A stretch of DNA of 64,000 bases, taken from positions 3,100,001 to 3,164,000 of the forward strand of contig NC_043000.1 in assembly GCF_006345805.1 (NCBI RefSeq), written 5' to 3'. The notes beneath the pieces were generated by a model that worked only from the letters and a program-made list of their open reading frames with translations, ran no database searches and was not told where the DNA came from. Numbering within the stretch: the stretch's first letter is position 1; each line of letters begins with the position of its first letter. This document shows, piece by piece, positions 1 through 13,556 of the stretch. The position numbers were made by a program, and so were the translations under genes. This DNA comes from Octopus sinensis. Taxonomy: Eukaryota.

Positions 1-428
1 GCTAGCATGGGTTGGACAGTTCGACCGGGGTTCTGGGAAGCCAGAAGGCTGCACCAGGCTCCAGTCTAATCTGGCAATGTTTCTACAGCTGGATGCCCTT
101 CCTAACGCCAACCACTCTGTGAGTGTAGTGGGTGCTTTTTACGTGCCACCTGCACAGGTGCCAGGCGGGGCTGGCAACGGCCACGGTCAGATTGGTGTAT
201 TTTATGTGCCACCGGCACGGAAGCCAGTCGAGGCGGTGCTGGCATCGGCCACGAGTCGGATAGTGCTTTTTACGTACCACCAGACCAGGGATCCTGGCTG
301 GTTCAATTCGATTTCGATTTCGCTTACCCCAACATATCTTCACAAGCAAAGGGGGTTGGCATGGGTGCCTGTCGTACGGTCGCATTGGAGTATTTTACGT
401 GCCACGGCCACGAGTCGGATAGTGCTTA
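1..428 (-). mobile_element. SINE family D copy (modular body, (GAT)n-tailed family), cut by window start
   Basis: Contains the family motif ctacagctggatgcccttcctaacgccaaccactc and repeated tttacgtgccacc modules seen at more than 10 other loci. Confidence 0.8.
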
Positions 429-600
429 TATATATATATATATATACTCATATACTCATACATATATATATATATATACACACATACATATACATAGATA
501 CTTACATACATATATACAGACATGCACACAGACACACACACATACACACATATACATACATGTATACATACATGCATGTATGTGTGTGCATCTGCAGCTG
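429..600. repeat. (TA)n/(CA)n/(TACA)n microsatellite
   Basis: Direct inspection; explains the YIYI/HTHT ORFs. Confidence 0.9.
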
Positions 601-1230
601 TACACAGGCCCATTCTGCAACAAACCAAATGCACTTACTAACATGCAGCTACCTGCATTAAACTTATACTGTATCTCTTGTAACACATCATGTTAGGTTT
701 TCAGTCCTCTTCATTCTGAAATTTCTCCTGGGTCATCGCCATAGCAACTGAAATATCCATTTGTGACCTATTGATTTTTGGCAACAAGCTGTTGATAAAG
801 CAGCAATAGCACAGCATCAATGGCGCTCAGTGGATGCTGCTAGCATTCTGGCCTCCTTAATTCTCTCTCAGACATCCTATTTCTGCTATGTATTTTGTGT
901 TTACCACTAGTTTTTACCAAAGATTAAGACTAGGTTAGTAATGCTTATGACCGATATCATAACAACTCACAACGACTACTTCTACTGAGCTCTTTCCACT
1001 GTCAGTAGATATACTAAATTGCTCATCTTTTTACAGATTACCTCTAACTTTACCATGGTTAATAGATGTCACCAACAACAATTACAGATATCACAACATT
1101 CCCCCACTTTTAACGTACCTGCTAATCATTATCATTGCTTTAATGTCCACTTGTTAACAAGCAAAGTTTATTGATGCAGATTTTCTACAGCAAAGCACAG
1201 TAACATTTCCCCTTGGCTAGACATGTTCTT

Positions 1231-1621
1231 TCTTTCTTTACTACCCACAAGGGGACAAACAAGGACAGACAAACAGATTAAGTTGATTAGATCGACCCCA
1301 GTGCATAACTGGTACTTAATTTATCGACCCTGAAAGGATGAAAGGCAAAGTCGACCTCGGCAGAATTTGAACTCAGGATGTAACTGCAGACAAAATACCT
1401 ATTTCTTTACTACCCACAAGGGGCTAAACACAGATGGGACAAACAGGGATTAAGTCGATTACATTGACCCCAGTGCATAACTGGTACTTAATTTATAGAC
1501 CCCGAAAGGATGAAAGGCAAAGTCGACCTCAGCGGAATTTGAACTCAGAACGTAATGACAGACGAAATACGGCTATGCATTTTGCCCGGCATGCTAATGT
1601 TTCTGCCAGCTCACCGCCTTA
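1231..1621 (-). mobile_element. SINE family B1 head-to-tail dimer
   Basis: Two units joined at aaatacctatttctttac; TSD tggc(t/c)agacatgttctt at 1214-1230 and 1622-1638. Confidence 0.85.
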
Positions 1622-1849
1622 TGGCCAGACATGTTCTTGCTGAAGATTGGAAATGAATGACACTGTTTATAAGACAGTGACACCCATTTACAACTATCAC
1701 ACAATGCTCAGACTGGCACAGTTGTGACACCACTGTTGCTACAACAAACAATCATTTTTTGACTTATTACTGCTAATTTTACCACTGCATATAAATACTA
1801 AGAATATTGGTTGCAGCTGATGTTATAGCAATACAAAAAATAAATGCAC

Positions 1850-2091
1850 CCTTTTAAAGCCTAGCCAGGCTCACGGGCCCGGTTTCCTGGTTCCTATGAT
1901 GTATGTGTTCCCCAGCTTGATGGGATGCCAGTTCATTGCAGCGTTACTCATTTTTGCCAGCTGAGTGGACTGGAGCAACGTGAAATGAAGTGTTTTGCTC
2001 AAGAACACAACGCATCGCCTGGTCCAGGAATCGAAACCACAACTTATGATCATGAGTCCAACACCCTAACCACTAAGCCATGTGCTTCCAC
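1850..2091 (-). mobile_element. SINE family C copy with ggctaggctttaaaag tail; a partial copy lies at about 2303-2448
   Basis: tRNA-like head (reverse complement of ccctaaccactaagccat...gaatcgaaacc) followed by a ttgagcaaaacacttcatttcacgttgctccagtccactcagctgg body. Confidence 0.75.
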
Positions 2092-4569
2092 AGTTAAAGT
2101 ATGATAGTGGGGAGAGGAACAGGTGTCTTGATGTAAGGGAGATGTTGGTTGCTCCAGCTGGAAGAAAAGGAGAACGGTGGTGAAAATGTGTCAGGGCATA
2201 CTCTCAGGTAACAGGAAAATCAATAATGCAAAGTTGTATGGATGGGTAAATAAGTTTGTGGGATAAAGAGAGACAAATGAATACAGGGAGATACCTATCT
2301 AGCCAACAGTTACTCATTTTTGCCAGCTGATTGGACTGGAGCAACGTGAAATGAAGTGTTTTGCTCAAGAACACAACGCGTCGCCCGGTCCAGGAATCAA
2401 AACCACAATCATGATGCTGACACCCTAACCACTAAGCCACGCTCCTCTACTGATGTTATAGCAGCATCCCTAAAACTGGTTACCACTGATGTTACTATCA
2501 TTAAGGGATACTATAATTACTATGGATTGAATTAGTTTGCCTATGTTCGGTCTACGGCAAGACAAAGGCCTCAGCTTTCTCAGCTTTATTGCTTTCTCCA
2601 CCAACCATGGTCTGATGTGGAGACCGTGGATTTGAGCTGAAGATTATACTGGTTTGTTGAGCCTATTCTGTCATACTGGCTTGACATGGATTGCCAGAGG
2701 GATGTAGTTTTTATACTCTTATTCAGTCAACTACAATTGAATCCAGTGCTCAATTGGTACTGATTTTATCAACCCTGAAAGGACAAAAGGTAAAGTCGAC
2801 CTCGGCAGAATTTGACTCAGAACATTAAGATAGATGAAATACTGTTAAGCATTTTGACCAACAGGCTAACAATTCTGCCAGCTCGTCACCTAATTACTAT
2901 AATTAAAGTTAATAATTCTTGCTTCTGAGTACACAGCAGTCACTCTGTCTTACCTCATCTAATGTTTTTTCTAGCTGTTTTGTTTATTTTGTTTTGTTTT
3001 TTCACATGATTTAGTCAGGAGTAAGATAGTACCTATGACCCTTTACAAGGCTTCTATAACTAGTGGAAGGTAAAGAGAGTGTCATCTTTAGTACAAGGAA
3101 GCTGGCCTGTATATTCATGATAGGGAGTAGTTCACTAGTGATACCATACTCAAGGGCTGGGTGGTGGTGTTAAATTGAGCATTGAATAAAGCCTTACCAC
3201 TACTTATACATAGATCTTATTGATTACCATTAATTTTACCACAGCCTAAAGGTACCATCCTAATAACAGTTACCAGTGTTACCACAACATTCAATGTTTT
3301 TGCCTTATTACAAAAAACAAAAGACGAAGACAGGTGGTGTGGACAACAAACAGATGTATTAGTATAATGCTCAGGAAGTGAAAAAGTCTTTAATGTTTCG
3401 AGCCTACGCTCTTCTACAGAAAGGAACACAGAAAAAAATAGGGAGTGAAAATAAGGAATGTGTAGTGGCTAGCGATCTATCATGGCAAAGTTGGGTCTCT
3501 ATTACATACTTTTATGCACTAAAAACTTTCTTTCCTGAATATGTACTGCTGAAATTGGAGTGTATCTAATATGCTTGTGCATCATATATGCCATCAATAT
3601 GGTACCACTAATTTTACTACAGCAAATAGAGACTGTCATAATAATAGTAACTTCTGTTTCACAACAACCTCACCCTTTTTGACTGATTACTGCTAATTTT
3701 ACTACAGTGGATAAATATCAAGAATTGAAACCACAATCATGCAATCATGAGTCCAACACCCTAACCACTAAGCTACGCACCTCCACTTGTACTACTTGAT
3801 GTGAGGGAAAAATTCAATCCATTTCCATCCTTTCATAAGCAGAAGTATATAATTTTTGTCTTTGCCTCTCTCTCTCTCTCCTGGATTATCTCCTGTGGTA
3901 AAGAAATGCTGTTTGGTTTTACAAAAGTTTTCCCATCTACATTTTTTTTTCCTAGTAACCAAGATAGATCTATAAATTCCATCTGTTCATTTTGTGTTAA
4001 AGGAAGGTTTGTCTTCATACACCTGCTCTATGAACAGACCACTGTATTTGGAATTGTGTAAGAGTTGCTACTGCTATTATTTTTGTTGTTGCTATTGTTG
4101 TCTTCCAAATGACTTATTTGAGTGGGACATTTTTCTTCCATTAATTGTTCACTTTACTGTTCATTTTCTTCTTCCTCCAATACATTTATTTGTGTGTTTT
4201 GATTTTGTGTTTCTTTTTTTAGCCATTGTAGTGTTTTGTCAAGTGGCATAATTGTGTGTGGCAGCCATTTTAGATGTGAAAATGTACAATGTGTAAATAA
4301 CATTTTAAATTTGTGAAGCAATCCTCTTTTGTTCTGTTGTCTACCCCCAAGTATCAAAGACAGGCTTTCCATAGGCAATTATAGTTCTTTTTACAAGTAC
4401 GCCAAAGAAAATTTCATTCAGTAATGCTTGAATAAAATGTGTTTCAAAGTGAGAAACAAAAACATCTTCACTAGGAGAGTTGATGATGATGATGGTGATG
4501 GTGATGGTGACGGTGATGGTGATGATGATGATGATATCAGCAAAATAAGGAAAATTGATTAGAAAATAC

Positions 4570-5645
4570 ATAAGCTACTGACTTGCAGCAAGATGCACCA
4601 CCCAAAGGCAGACGCAGATTGTCTGTACCTTCCCAAAGCTCAAGGAGGTGAAGGCTTGGTCCAATCTGAAATTTCTTGCAAAACCACTACAATTGGACTG
4701 GCCGAGTATCTCGAAGCATCTAACAACTAGATGCTAAAACTCATTGAAAACTATACGAGATGTAAGAAACTTCACTCTGTTATGAAGGAGAGCAAAAAGT
4801 TTGCGAATGAGCTCATGCTTAATACCCAGGTTGAAGTGACACAACTGTTGTTGCAAAGGAGGAGGAATCAATAGCAAAGCAAAGTGCGTTAGAGCAATTT
4901 GCTGATAGGTAGGAACAAAAATCACTGCATGACAGATATGTGGCCCGTAGCAAATAAGCTGATGTAGACCAGAAGCACACCCATCAGTGGCTATGGAGCT
5001 CAAGGCTAATGGCAGAGAGCAAAGGCTTTATCTTAGCTGCTCAAGATCAGAGCTTATTGACCTGTAACTACTAAGCCAATGTGATGAAAAATGGAGTAGA
5101 CCCAAAGTGCCGATATTGCAATAAGATTGAAACAGTGGATCACCTAATCTCTGGGTGTAAGGTTTTAGCACCTGTAGGGTATAAATCAAGACATGACAGA
5201 GTTGGCCAATATTTACACTGGATAATATATTGGCACTATAAAATCAAAACTGCTGACAAATGGTACCACTCTGAGGCTGTAATTGAGGGAAAAAATTTCC
5301 AGTTTGTATAGACTGGACCATCAAAGCTTATAAACCAGATATTGTTGTGAAAGATCAAAATAATAAAGTCTATTTATTGATTGACACAAGCATTCCTTGT
5401 GATCATAATATCTCAGCAAAAGAATTTGACAAGTTCAGAAAATATTAAAATTTGCTGATTGAAATTGAAAAAAATGTGGCCCCTCAAGACAGTTACAATA
5501 CTAGTGATTGTAGGAACACTTGGAATGATCAAAAAGGGAACTGAAGATTATTTGAGGATGTTCCCTGGCTTACCATCCGCGTAGGAAGTGCCATAAATTG
5601 TCTTAACTGGTGCATCACATGTACTGAGAAGAGCATTGTCCCTGT
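4570..5645 (+). mobile_element. Decayed 3' fragment of an R4/Dong-clade (RLE) non-LTR retrotransposon
   Basis: Remnants of MHHPKAD..LY, GFILAAQDQ, the CCHC knuckle CRYCNKIETVDHLISGC, RHDRVGQYLHW and the PDIVV..LID REL nuclease motif, with stops and frameshifts. Confidence 0.85.
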
Positions 5646-5717
5646 GAAATTTCTTTCCTCTTCCCCCTTATTTTCTTTGTTTTCTTTTTTTCCTTTCTTC
5701 CTCTCCTTTCTCTTTTT

Positions 5718-6451
5718 GGATCTTTTCCTTTTGAACGGCACTTTGTAACATAATTTCTAGGTAACTAAAAACTTTTAAACTTCGTATACTGGTAGAATGT
5801 GTTTATAAGACATCATTTTCTCTTGGTTTTATTGAGAAAATTCTATAGTTTGTAAGATATTTCGTCTGAAATTTCGAGCATTTCGGCAATTTTAACCAAT
5901 CGATTACCTCCATTGAGCTAAAATCATTTGCTGCGTCTAAAACTGAGACAACATCCTGTCACTAACCCTAAACCTCCCCCTAACCCTAACCCTAAATTTT
6001 TTTTCTAATTGTTAAATTAATTTAATTGTTACGCATGTAAAAAAAACTAAAGCAATGGAAAATAATTTAAACAATTAACAAACAAAATAATTCTATAATT
6101 TTATACACACGCTTTCCGTACGTGTACGGAAAGCGTGTGTATAAAATTATAGAATTATTTTGTTTGTTAATTGTTTAAGAAAAAAAAATTTAGGGTTAGG
6201 GTTAGTGGGAGGTTTAGGGTTAGTGACAGGATGCTGTCTCAGTTTTAGACACAGCAAATGATTTTAGCTCAATTAGAGGTGATTCATTGGTTAAAATTCG
6301 AAAAATTAAACTATGTTAAACAAACAAATTACAATTTTATCAAGAAAGCCAAGAGAAAAAAATGTTTTATTTTGACACATTCTTCCAGTATACGAAGTTT
6401 TAAAGTGTTTAGTTAACTAGAAATTGTGTGCCGTTCAAAAGGAAAAGATCC
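5718..6451. mobile_element. Foldback MITE with long TIRs and an 8-bp TSD (Mutator- or Merlin-like)
   Basis: Ends GGATCTTTTCCTTTTGAACGGCAC and GTGCCGTTCAAAAGGAAAAGATCC; diverged arms of about 280 bp containing CCCTAA/TTAGGG units; TSD CTCTTTTT at 5710-5717 and 6452-6459. Confidence 0.8.
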
Positions 6452-6593
6452 CTCTTTTTTTTCTATTGAATGACTTTGTAAATGAACAATCTGATGTGTT
6501 TATTTTAATGGCCTACCAACGTATACAGTGAATTTCTTTGCTATAGGTGTTGGGAAGACACTCAGTAAGAAATGGAAACAAAATTGAAAGAAG

Positions 6594-6633
<40 letters not shown>

Positions 6634-6644
6634 TAATAATAGTC

Positions 6645-6684
<40 letters not shown>

Positions 6685-6710
6685 TAATAATAATAATAAT
6701 AATAATAATG

Positions 6711-6741
<31 letters not shown>

Positions 6742-6770
6742 TAATAATAATAATAATAATAACAACAACG
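6594..6770. repeat. (AAT)n microsatellite
   Basis: Direct inspection; source of the poly-N and poly-I ORFs. Confidence 0.95.
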
Positions 6771-7009
6771 GTTTTAAATTTTGGCACAAGACCAGCAATT
6801 TCAGGCTGGGGTGCTAAGTCAATTACATCAACTCCATTGTTGAACTGGTACTTATTTTATCAACCCCGAAAAGCACAGTCACCCTTGGCAGAATTTAAAT
6901 TTAAAATGTAAAGACAGATGAAATGCTTGCTGTTAAGCATTTTGCCTGGCATGCTAACGCAGCACAAGGTATGAAATTTGGGTTGTGAAGGGGCCAGTTG
7001 GTTACATTG

Positions 7010-7400
7010 GGGATGGAAGCACTCCGTCGGTTACGACGATGAGGGTTCCGGTTGATCCGAATCAACGGAACAGCCTGCTCGTGAAATTAACGTGTAAGTG
7101 GCTGAGCACTCCACAGACACGTGCACCCTTAACGTAGTTCTCGGGAATATTCAGCGTGACACAGAGAGCGACAAGGCCAGCCCTTTGAAATACAGGTACA
7201 ACAGAAACAGGAAGTAAGAGTGAGAGAAAGTTGTGGTGAAAGAGAACAGCAGGGATCACCACCATCCCCTGCCGGAGCCTCGTGGAGCTTTTTTTAGGTG
7301 TTTTCACTCAATAAACACTCACAACGCCCAGTCTGGGAATCGAAACCGCGATCCTATGACCGCGAGTCTGCTGCCCTAACCACTGGGCCATTGCGCCTCC
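7010..7400 (-). mobile_element. SINE family C copy nested in a family B2 SINE
   Basis: TSD TGGTTACATTG at 6999-7009 and 7401-7411; near-identical to 23519-23896. Confidence 0.88.
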
Positions 7401-7779
7401 TGGTTACATTGACATCAGTGTTCAACTGGTACTGATTTTGTAGACCCCCAAAAGAATGAAAAGCAAAGTCAACCCTGATGATGTTTGAAATTAGAACTTA
7501 AAGCGGGAAGAACTGCTGCTAAGCATTTTGTCTGGCATGCTAACAATTCTGCCAGCTTGCAACCTTTAAAATAATTCTCTAATTTTGGCATAAGGCTAGC
7601 AGTTCTAGGGGAGGGAGCAAATCAGTTACATCTTTCCATAGTACTTGATTGGTACTTTATTTCATCGGTCTCAAAAGGATGGAAGGGAAAGTTAACCTGA
7701 ACAGGATTTGAACTCAGAACATAAAGAGCCTGAGTAAATGGTACTAAGCATTTTGTCTGATGCGCCAGTGAATCTGCCA

Positions 7780-8175
7780 GTTTACTCTTTTACTTGTTTC
7801 AGTCATTTGACTGCGGCCATGCTGGAGCACCGCCTTTAGTCGAGCAAATCGACACTGGGAATTATTCTTTGTAAGCCCAGTACTTATTCTATCGTTCTCT
7901 TTTGCCGAACCGCTAAGTAACGGGGACGTAAACACACCAGCATCGGTTGTCAAGCAATGCTAGGGAGACAAACACAAACACACAAATACACACACACATA
8001 TATATATATACATATATACGACAGGCTTCTTTCAGTTTCCGTCTACCAAATCCACTCACAAGGCATTGGTCGGCCCGAGGCTATAGCAGAAGACAGTTGC
8101 CCAAGATGCCACGCAGTGGGACTGAACCCGGAACCATGTGGTTGGTTAGCAAGCTATATACCACACAGCCACTCC
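7780..8175 (-). mobile_element. SINE family A copy (tRNA head, internal CA/TA microsatellite, (TAAAAGAG)n tail)
   Basis: Reverse complement of ggagtggctgtgtggt...ggcggtgctccagcatggccgcagtcaaatgactgaaacaagtaaaagag; many copies in the window. Confidence 0.88.
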
Positions 8176-8859
8176 TGTTTGCTAATAATAATAATAAATA
8201 TTGGTTTAAAATTTTGACACTTGGTCAGTAAATTTGGGAGAGGGGGAGGGGGGCTAGTCAATTACATCAACCCCAGTACTCATCATCATCATCGAGTGTT
8301 TTAAATCTGGGTTTTTTCCCTGTTAACAGGGGTGGCCAGATCTACCTCAAAGTCATAGCAACCCGAGGTAGGCAGGTGCAGCTCACCCCAACCTTTTGGT
8401 GGGCTGGCTGGTGCCCATTCTCCTTTGCTATCATGAGGCTTTTTTGGAGCTGGATTTTCTACTGGGAGCATGCCCTTGCTTACCCGCCAACCTCAGTTTC
8501 TAGACACGAGTGGTCTCAAGACCAAGGCCTCTACCACAATTTTTAAGAAATTTAGTGGAAAACTAGCTCAAGAAGACAGGGATGCTACTCCCTGAAACCC
8601 CTTTCGGAGCCTCACTACCCTACTGGTACTTATTTTATTGATCCCAAAAAGACAAGAGGCAAAGTTAATCCCAGTGGCATCTGAACTCAGAACATTAAGA
8701 CAGACAAACTGCCACCAAGCATATTGCCTAGTATGGTAATGATTCTGCCAGTTTGCTGCCTTGATAATAATGAATATTGATTTCTAACTCAGGCCTAAAA
8801 CCTCACAATTTGATGTTGAGTACATTTTATTGAATCAAGTCTAATTTTCAACTGATGAA

Positions 8860-9150
8860 GCCAGTGCCGCCTCGACTGGCTTCCGTGCAGGTGGCACGTA
8901 AAATGCACCAATCCGACCGTGGCCGATGGCAGACTCGCCTGGCACCTGTGCATGTGGCACGTAAAAAGCACCCACTACACTCACGGAGTGGTTGGCGTTA
9001 GGAAGGGCATCCAGCTGTAGAAACATTGCCATATAAGACCGGAGCCTGGTGCAGCCTTCTGGCTTCCCAGATCCCCGGTTGAACCGTCCAACCCATGCTA
9101 GCATGGTGAACGGACATTAAACGATGATGATGATGATGATGATGATGATG
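8860..9150 (+). mobile_element. SINE family D copy
   Basis: ggtggcacgtaaaaagcaccc...gttggcgttaggaagggcatccagctgtag...ccatgctagcatgg followed by a (GAT)n tail. Confidence 0.85.
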
Positions 9151-9764
9151 ACAATTTCATGCATTAACTTTCAGAAAGATACAATGCCAAGTTGTTCTTG
9201 ACAAGATTTGGACTGAGAACATAAAAATATATGTAAATGAGTATCACAATCGTACAAGCAATGTTGTCCATTTCCAGTCTTCTAGGGGAAAAAAAAAACA
9301 AAACAAAGTCTGCTCATGGGGGAATATTGCCTTGCTTGGAAAGCTGTGAAGGGTGGTGACAAGAAGGACACCTAACCACAAAAAAAAAAAACCCTGCCTT
9401 AACAAATTCTGTCTGATTCACACAAGCATGGAAAACTAAACATAAAGCAATGTTACTAATGATGACAAATTGCTGGAAAAGTAACTCTACAGAAGCTCTG
9501 CAGTTTACACCAACCCATAATTTCTTAAAGTATTAAAGCTATGATTTATACCCTTATAGAAGCAGAGACAGCATCTAAAATATGATCCGCAGAGTGGAGT
9601 AAGCCATATAAACGTGGGAACGGCTTTATTTATAACATTAATAAAATCAAGACCAGCTGCTATGATTTATATTATAAATCTTACAAATCTTCTGTATATT
9701 GTCTCCCAAGTTATTGCTTTTCTCATATTCTTGTCACCTGTGTGTTAATGACACCATATGAGTA

Positions 9765-9772
9765 GGTGCATA

Positions 9773-9815
<43 letters not shown>

Positions 9816-10770
9816 CTGTGCATGCATGTATATATATCTGTGCATGTATGTATGCATGTATATATGTGTGTATGTGTGTATATATGTATGTTTGTGTGTA
9901 TGTGTATATGTATGTATGTATGTATGTATGTATATATGTATGTATGTGTGTATGTATGTATGTATGTATGTATGTATGTATGTATGTATGTATGTATGTA
10001 TGTATGCATACATGTATGTCTGTCTGTCTGTCTGTATGTATGTATGTATGTATGTAACTATGTATGCATCTATGTATGCATGCATGTATGTATGTATGTA
10101 TGTATGTGTGTATATGTGTTTATATATGTATATTTGTGTGTATGTGTGTGTATGTATGTATGTTTGTATATATACATACATGTATGCAGGTATGTATATG
10201 TGTGTATATGTTTATATATGTATGTTTGTGTGTATGTGTGTGTGTATGTATATATGCATACATGTATGTCTATGTATGTATGTAGGTATGTATGTATATA
10301 TGTATGTATATACATATATGATGAGTGTGTAGATAGGTGCAGGCATTATGTGTGTGTATGCATTTATCTTCATATACACATGTTTGTGCATACACTTGTG
10401 CCCATGTTGGCATGTGTGTCAGCGTGTGTGTGTGTGTGTGTGTGGTGTGTGTGTGTGTGTGTGTGTGTGTGAGTGTGTGTGTGTCTAATGTGTTTGCATG
10501 TTTCAAGGTCTGTCTTCCCATATGTGTATCTAAGTATATACCTATGTGTGTATTTATGCATATATAGTTGGTGTGTATATAGCTGTAGGCATTATGTGTG
10601 TGTGTGTGTGTGTGTGTATGTGTGTGTGTGTGTGTGTGCTTGTGCATGCAAGTCTGTGTGTGTGTGTGTGTGTGTTTGTGTGTGTTTGTGTGTGTGTGTT
10701 TGTGTGTGCTTGTGCATGCAAGTCTATGTGTGTGTGTGTGTTTGTATGTGTGTGTGTGTTTTCATATATT
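9765..10770. repeat. About 1 kb compound (TG)n/(TATG)n microsatellite
   Basis: Direct inspection; explains the CVCV/MYVC/HTYI ORFs. Confidence 0.95.
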
Positions 10771-11142
10771 AGTGTATCCATACCTGCTGCTTTGTCATTT
10801 GCCCATCACTACAGAACTTGAAGCTGGGACTGGGGATAGTGTGATGTCTTGACTTGCATGTGACGTGGACTAAAGTGAAGGAGGGTTGCTCAGCATCACC
10901 TGTCTCACTTTCTCACCCCTTCTTATCTGATCTCAGTAACAGGATGATGTCTAGACAACTAGAGATAAGCCAGGATACAGTGGATAGCTGCAGCATCCCT
11001 TGAGTTTCACTTTACCCTGTTTGTGCTCCACAACACTTGCTGGTCCACCTTCCTGCCCATTGATGTTTGTTTTTACATTAACCCTTTAGCATTCAGATTA
11101 TTCTGTCAAATGTAATGCTTATATAGGTGCAGGAGTGGCTGT

Positions 11143-11930
11143 GTGGTAAGTAGCTTGCTTACCAACCACATAGTTCCAGGTTCAGTCCCACTGCATGGCA
11201 CCTTGGGCAAGTGTCTTCTACTATAACCTCGGGCCGATCAAAGCCTTGTGAGTGGATTTGGTAGACGGAAACTGAAAGAAGCCTGTCGTATATATGTATG
11301 TGTCAAAAGAGACTGATAGAATGAGTACTAGGCTTAAAAGTAAGTCCTAGGGTCGATTTGTTTGACTAAAACCCCTCAAGGCGGTGCTCCAGCATGGCTG
11401 CAATCAAATGACTGAGACATGTAATAAAAATAAAAGAATATGTATAAATCTATGTGTGTGTGTTTTTGCATCTGTGTCTGTTGCTCCTTCACTGCCTCAC
11501 AACAGGTGTCAGTGTGTTTACATTTCCATAACTTAGTTGTTTGTTCCTTCTCGAGCCATCCCTGGCTCACATGGGCCGGTTTCCCAGTTTCCTTGGCGTA
11601 TAGGTTCCCCACCTGGATGGGACGCCAGTCCGTTGCAGGTGAGCTGCAAGATGCAGGAGGAAAGAGCGAGAGAAAGTTGTGGCGAAAGAGTCAGCAGAAG
11701 TTTGCCATTATCTTCTGCCGGAGCCGCATGGAGCTTAGGTGTTTCGCTCGTAAACACACACATCGCCCAGTCTGAGATTTGAACCAGCAATCCTACGACC
11801 GTGAGTCCGCTGCTCTAACCATTAGGCCATGTGCCTCCACTCCATAACTTAGTGGTTCAACAAAGGACTAAAACCCCTCAAGGCAGTGCTCCAGCATGGC
11901 TGCAGTCCAATGACTGAAACAAGTACAAAA
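11143..11930 (+). mobile_element. SINE A interrupted by a minus-strand SINE C (11538-11840)
   Basis: TSD TCCATAACTTAGT at 11525-11537 and 11841-11853. Confidence 0.82.
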
Positions 11931-12376
11931 AATGCATAAACAAGAAAGAAAATATATCTTCATTAAGATACAATGTCATAGGAAGCTCGTCAGAAATGTT
12001 ATTTTTGGTCTCTTTCCGACCTAAAGGTTATATTCAAGTTTTATAGCATGCTAAGAGTTTTGTCATATTCAAAACCAAGGTTGGGCAAATTTCTTACAGT
12101 ACCTGTATCCAACAGTGATGCTATGTTGCTATTTATACGACTGAGAAGTTCTTGAGAGCCATTTACAAACATATTACCATTTTCAGAGTCATCAATGCTT
12201 ACAAATGTCAGCAATATGAACAAAGTTATCAACGGTTCAGTATTTGATTGGTTCATTTCTAACTGCTAACAATACCGACATTTACAACTAGTATTTTCAT
12301 TCAAGTTGTTTACGGAAGAGTTATAGCTATTTACTTTCTCTTTTAAGATACTCATAACTTTCCAGGTTTGTATTCT

Positions 12377-12716
12377 GTGAAGGCGCATGGCTCAGTGGTT
12401 AGAGCGTCAAACTTACGATCGTGAGGTTGTGAGCTTGAATCCCGGACCGGGCTGCGTGTTGTGTTCTTGAGCAAGACACTTTATTTCACGTTGCTCCAGT
12501 TCACTCAGCTGTAGAAATGTGTTGCGACGTCACTGGTGCCAAGCTGTATCGACCTTTGTCTTTCCCTTGGATAACACTGGTGGTGTGGAGAGGGGAGGCT
12601 GGTATGCATGGGCGACTGCTGGTCTTCCATAAACAACCTTGCCCGGACTTGTGCCTGGGAGGGTAACTTTCTTGGTGCAATCCCATGATCTGTGTCGTGA
12701 CCGAAGGGGGTCTCAT
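12377..12716 (+). mobile_element. SINE family C variant ending gaccgaagggggtctc
   Basis: tRNA-like head ggcgcatggctcagtggttagagcg...gaatcccggacc plus the family C body and a distinct tail. Confidence 0.75.
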
Positions 12717-12842
12717 TCTTAGGATATTTATTGAAGCATAACTGCTCTATAAGTCAAGTGCATTTTCTTTTAGGATCAACATATTAGAGTATATGTGACA
12801 GTTTCTCTCTCTCTTTGTCACCATTGTAATAAGCATGATGTG

Positions 12843-13326
12843 TGCCGTATGAAAGATGGCAGAATGTTAGCCGTATGAAAGATGGCAGAATCCCCAAGGA
12901 CATACTCTACGGAGAGCTTGCTAAGGGTACTAGGTCTGTGGGTAGACCGATCTTACGTTACAAGGATGTTTGCAAAAGAGACATGAAGGCCTGCAACATC
13001 AATATTAGCGGTTGGGAGGCAGTTGCTGGCAACCGTGGAGAATGGCGACGTACCGTAAAAGAGGGAATACAAAGGAGTGACAGAGAGAGAGAGGAGAAAT
13101 GGAAAGAAAGGAAGAGACGTAAACAAGAGACTATGGCACTACAACCAGCCAGGAACAGTCTTCGCTACGTTTGCGGTACCTGCCAGAGGGAGTGTTTGTC
13201 CAGGATAGGACTACACAGCCACGGCAGGAAATGCATCAGGATATGAAATATAAAAGCCGGACTAGACTACTTCATGCGCAACTCCATTGTCTCTCGAGAC
13301 AGAAAGGATGCCAATACAATAATACA
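12843..13326 (+). mobile_element. 5'-truncated RTE-clade LINE (3' end of ORF and 3' UTR)
   Basis: RIPKDILYGEL..G.R..GRP.LRYKDVCKRDMK and a C-terminal C..C...IGL.SH motif; TSD AATAAGCATGATGTG at 12828-12842 and 13327-13341. Confidence 0.9.
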
Positions 13327-13556
13327 AATAAGCATGATGTGGATTGGTTCAACCGTCCTATTCAGCTTCATAGGTTTGTACCTCATTGACAAGCTCCAGC
13401 CTTGCTAAATAGTAACGGCTCATGTGATCATCAAATAGAATCACAAGACATAGCAAGCCTGTCAAACATCCCACAACTGGACTACAATGCATATGCATGT
13501 GTGTGTGTGTGGTGTGTGTGTGTGTGTGTGTGAGTGTGTGAGTGTGTGTGTGTGTG

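Noticed and set aside
77-420. Recurrent ORFs such as MFLQLDALPNANHS, HTGASVVKRCWG and RHLPKVPRSGTEPGTMW
   Set aside because: Translations of SINE A and D consensus sequence repeated throughout the window, not a gene family.
3217-3429. BIR-domain-like start (EERRLETLKTF)
   Set aside because: The remainder lacks the BIR GF/C-C-H-C pattern; probably chance.
5960-6000. Telomeric CCCTAA/TTAGGG repeats
   Set aside because: Only a few imperfect units, mirrored in both arms of a TSD-flanked MITE; not an interstitial telomere.
7360-7400. tRNA genes at SINE heads (also 12377, 19635, 23860, 43890)
   Set aside because: A and B box-like heads continue into SINE bodies with TSDs; no complete cloverleaf.
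9723-10852. Long ORFs rich in C/V/Y/M or H/T/Y/I (also 48243-49111, 6500-6817, 53151-53678)
   Set aside because: Translations of di-, tri- and tetranucleotide microsatellites.
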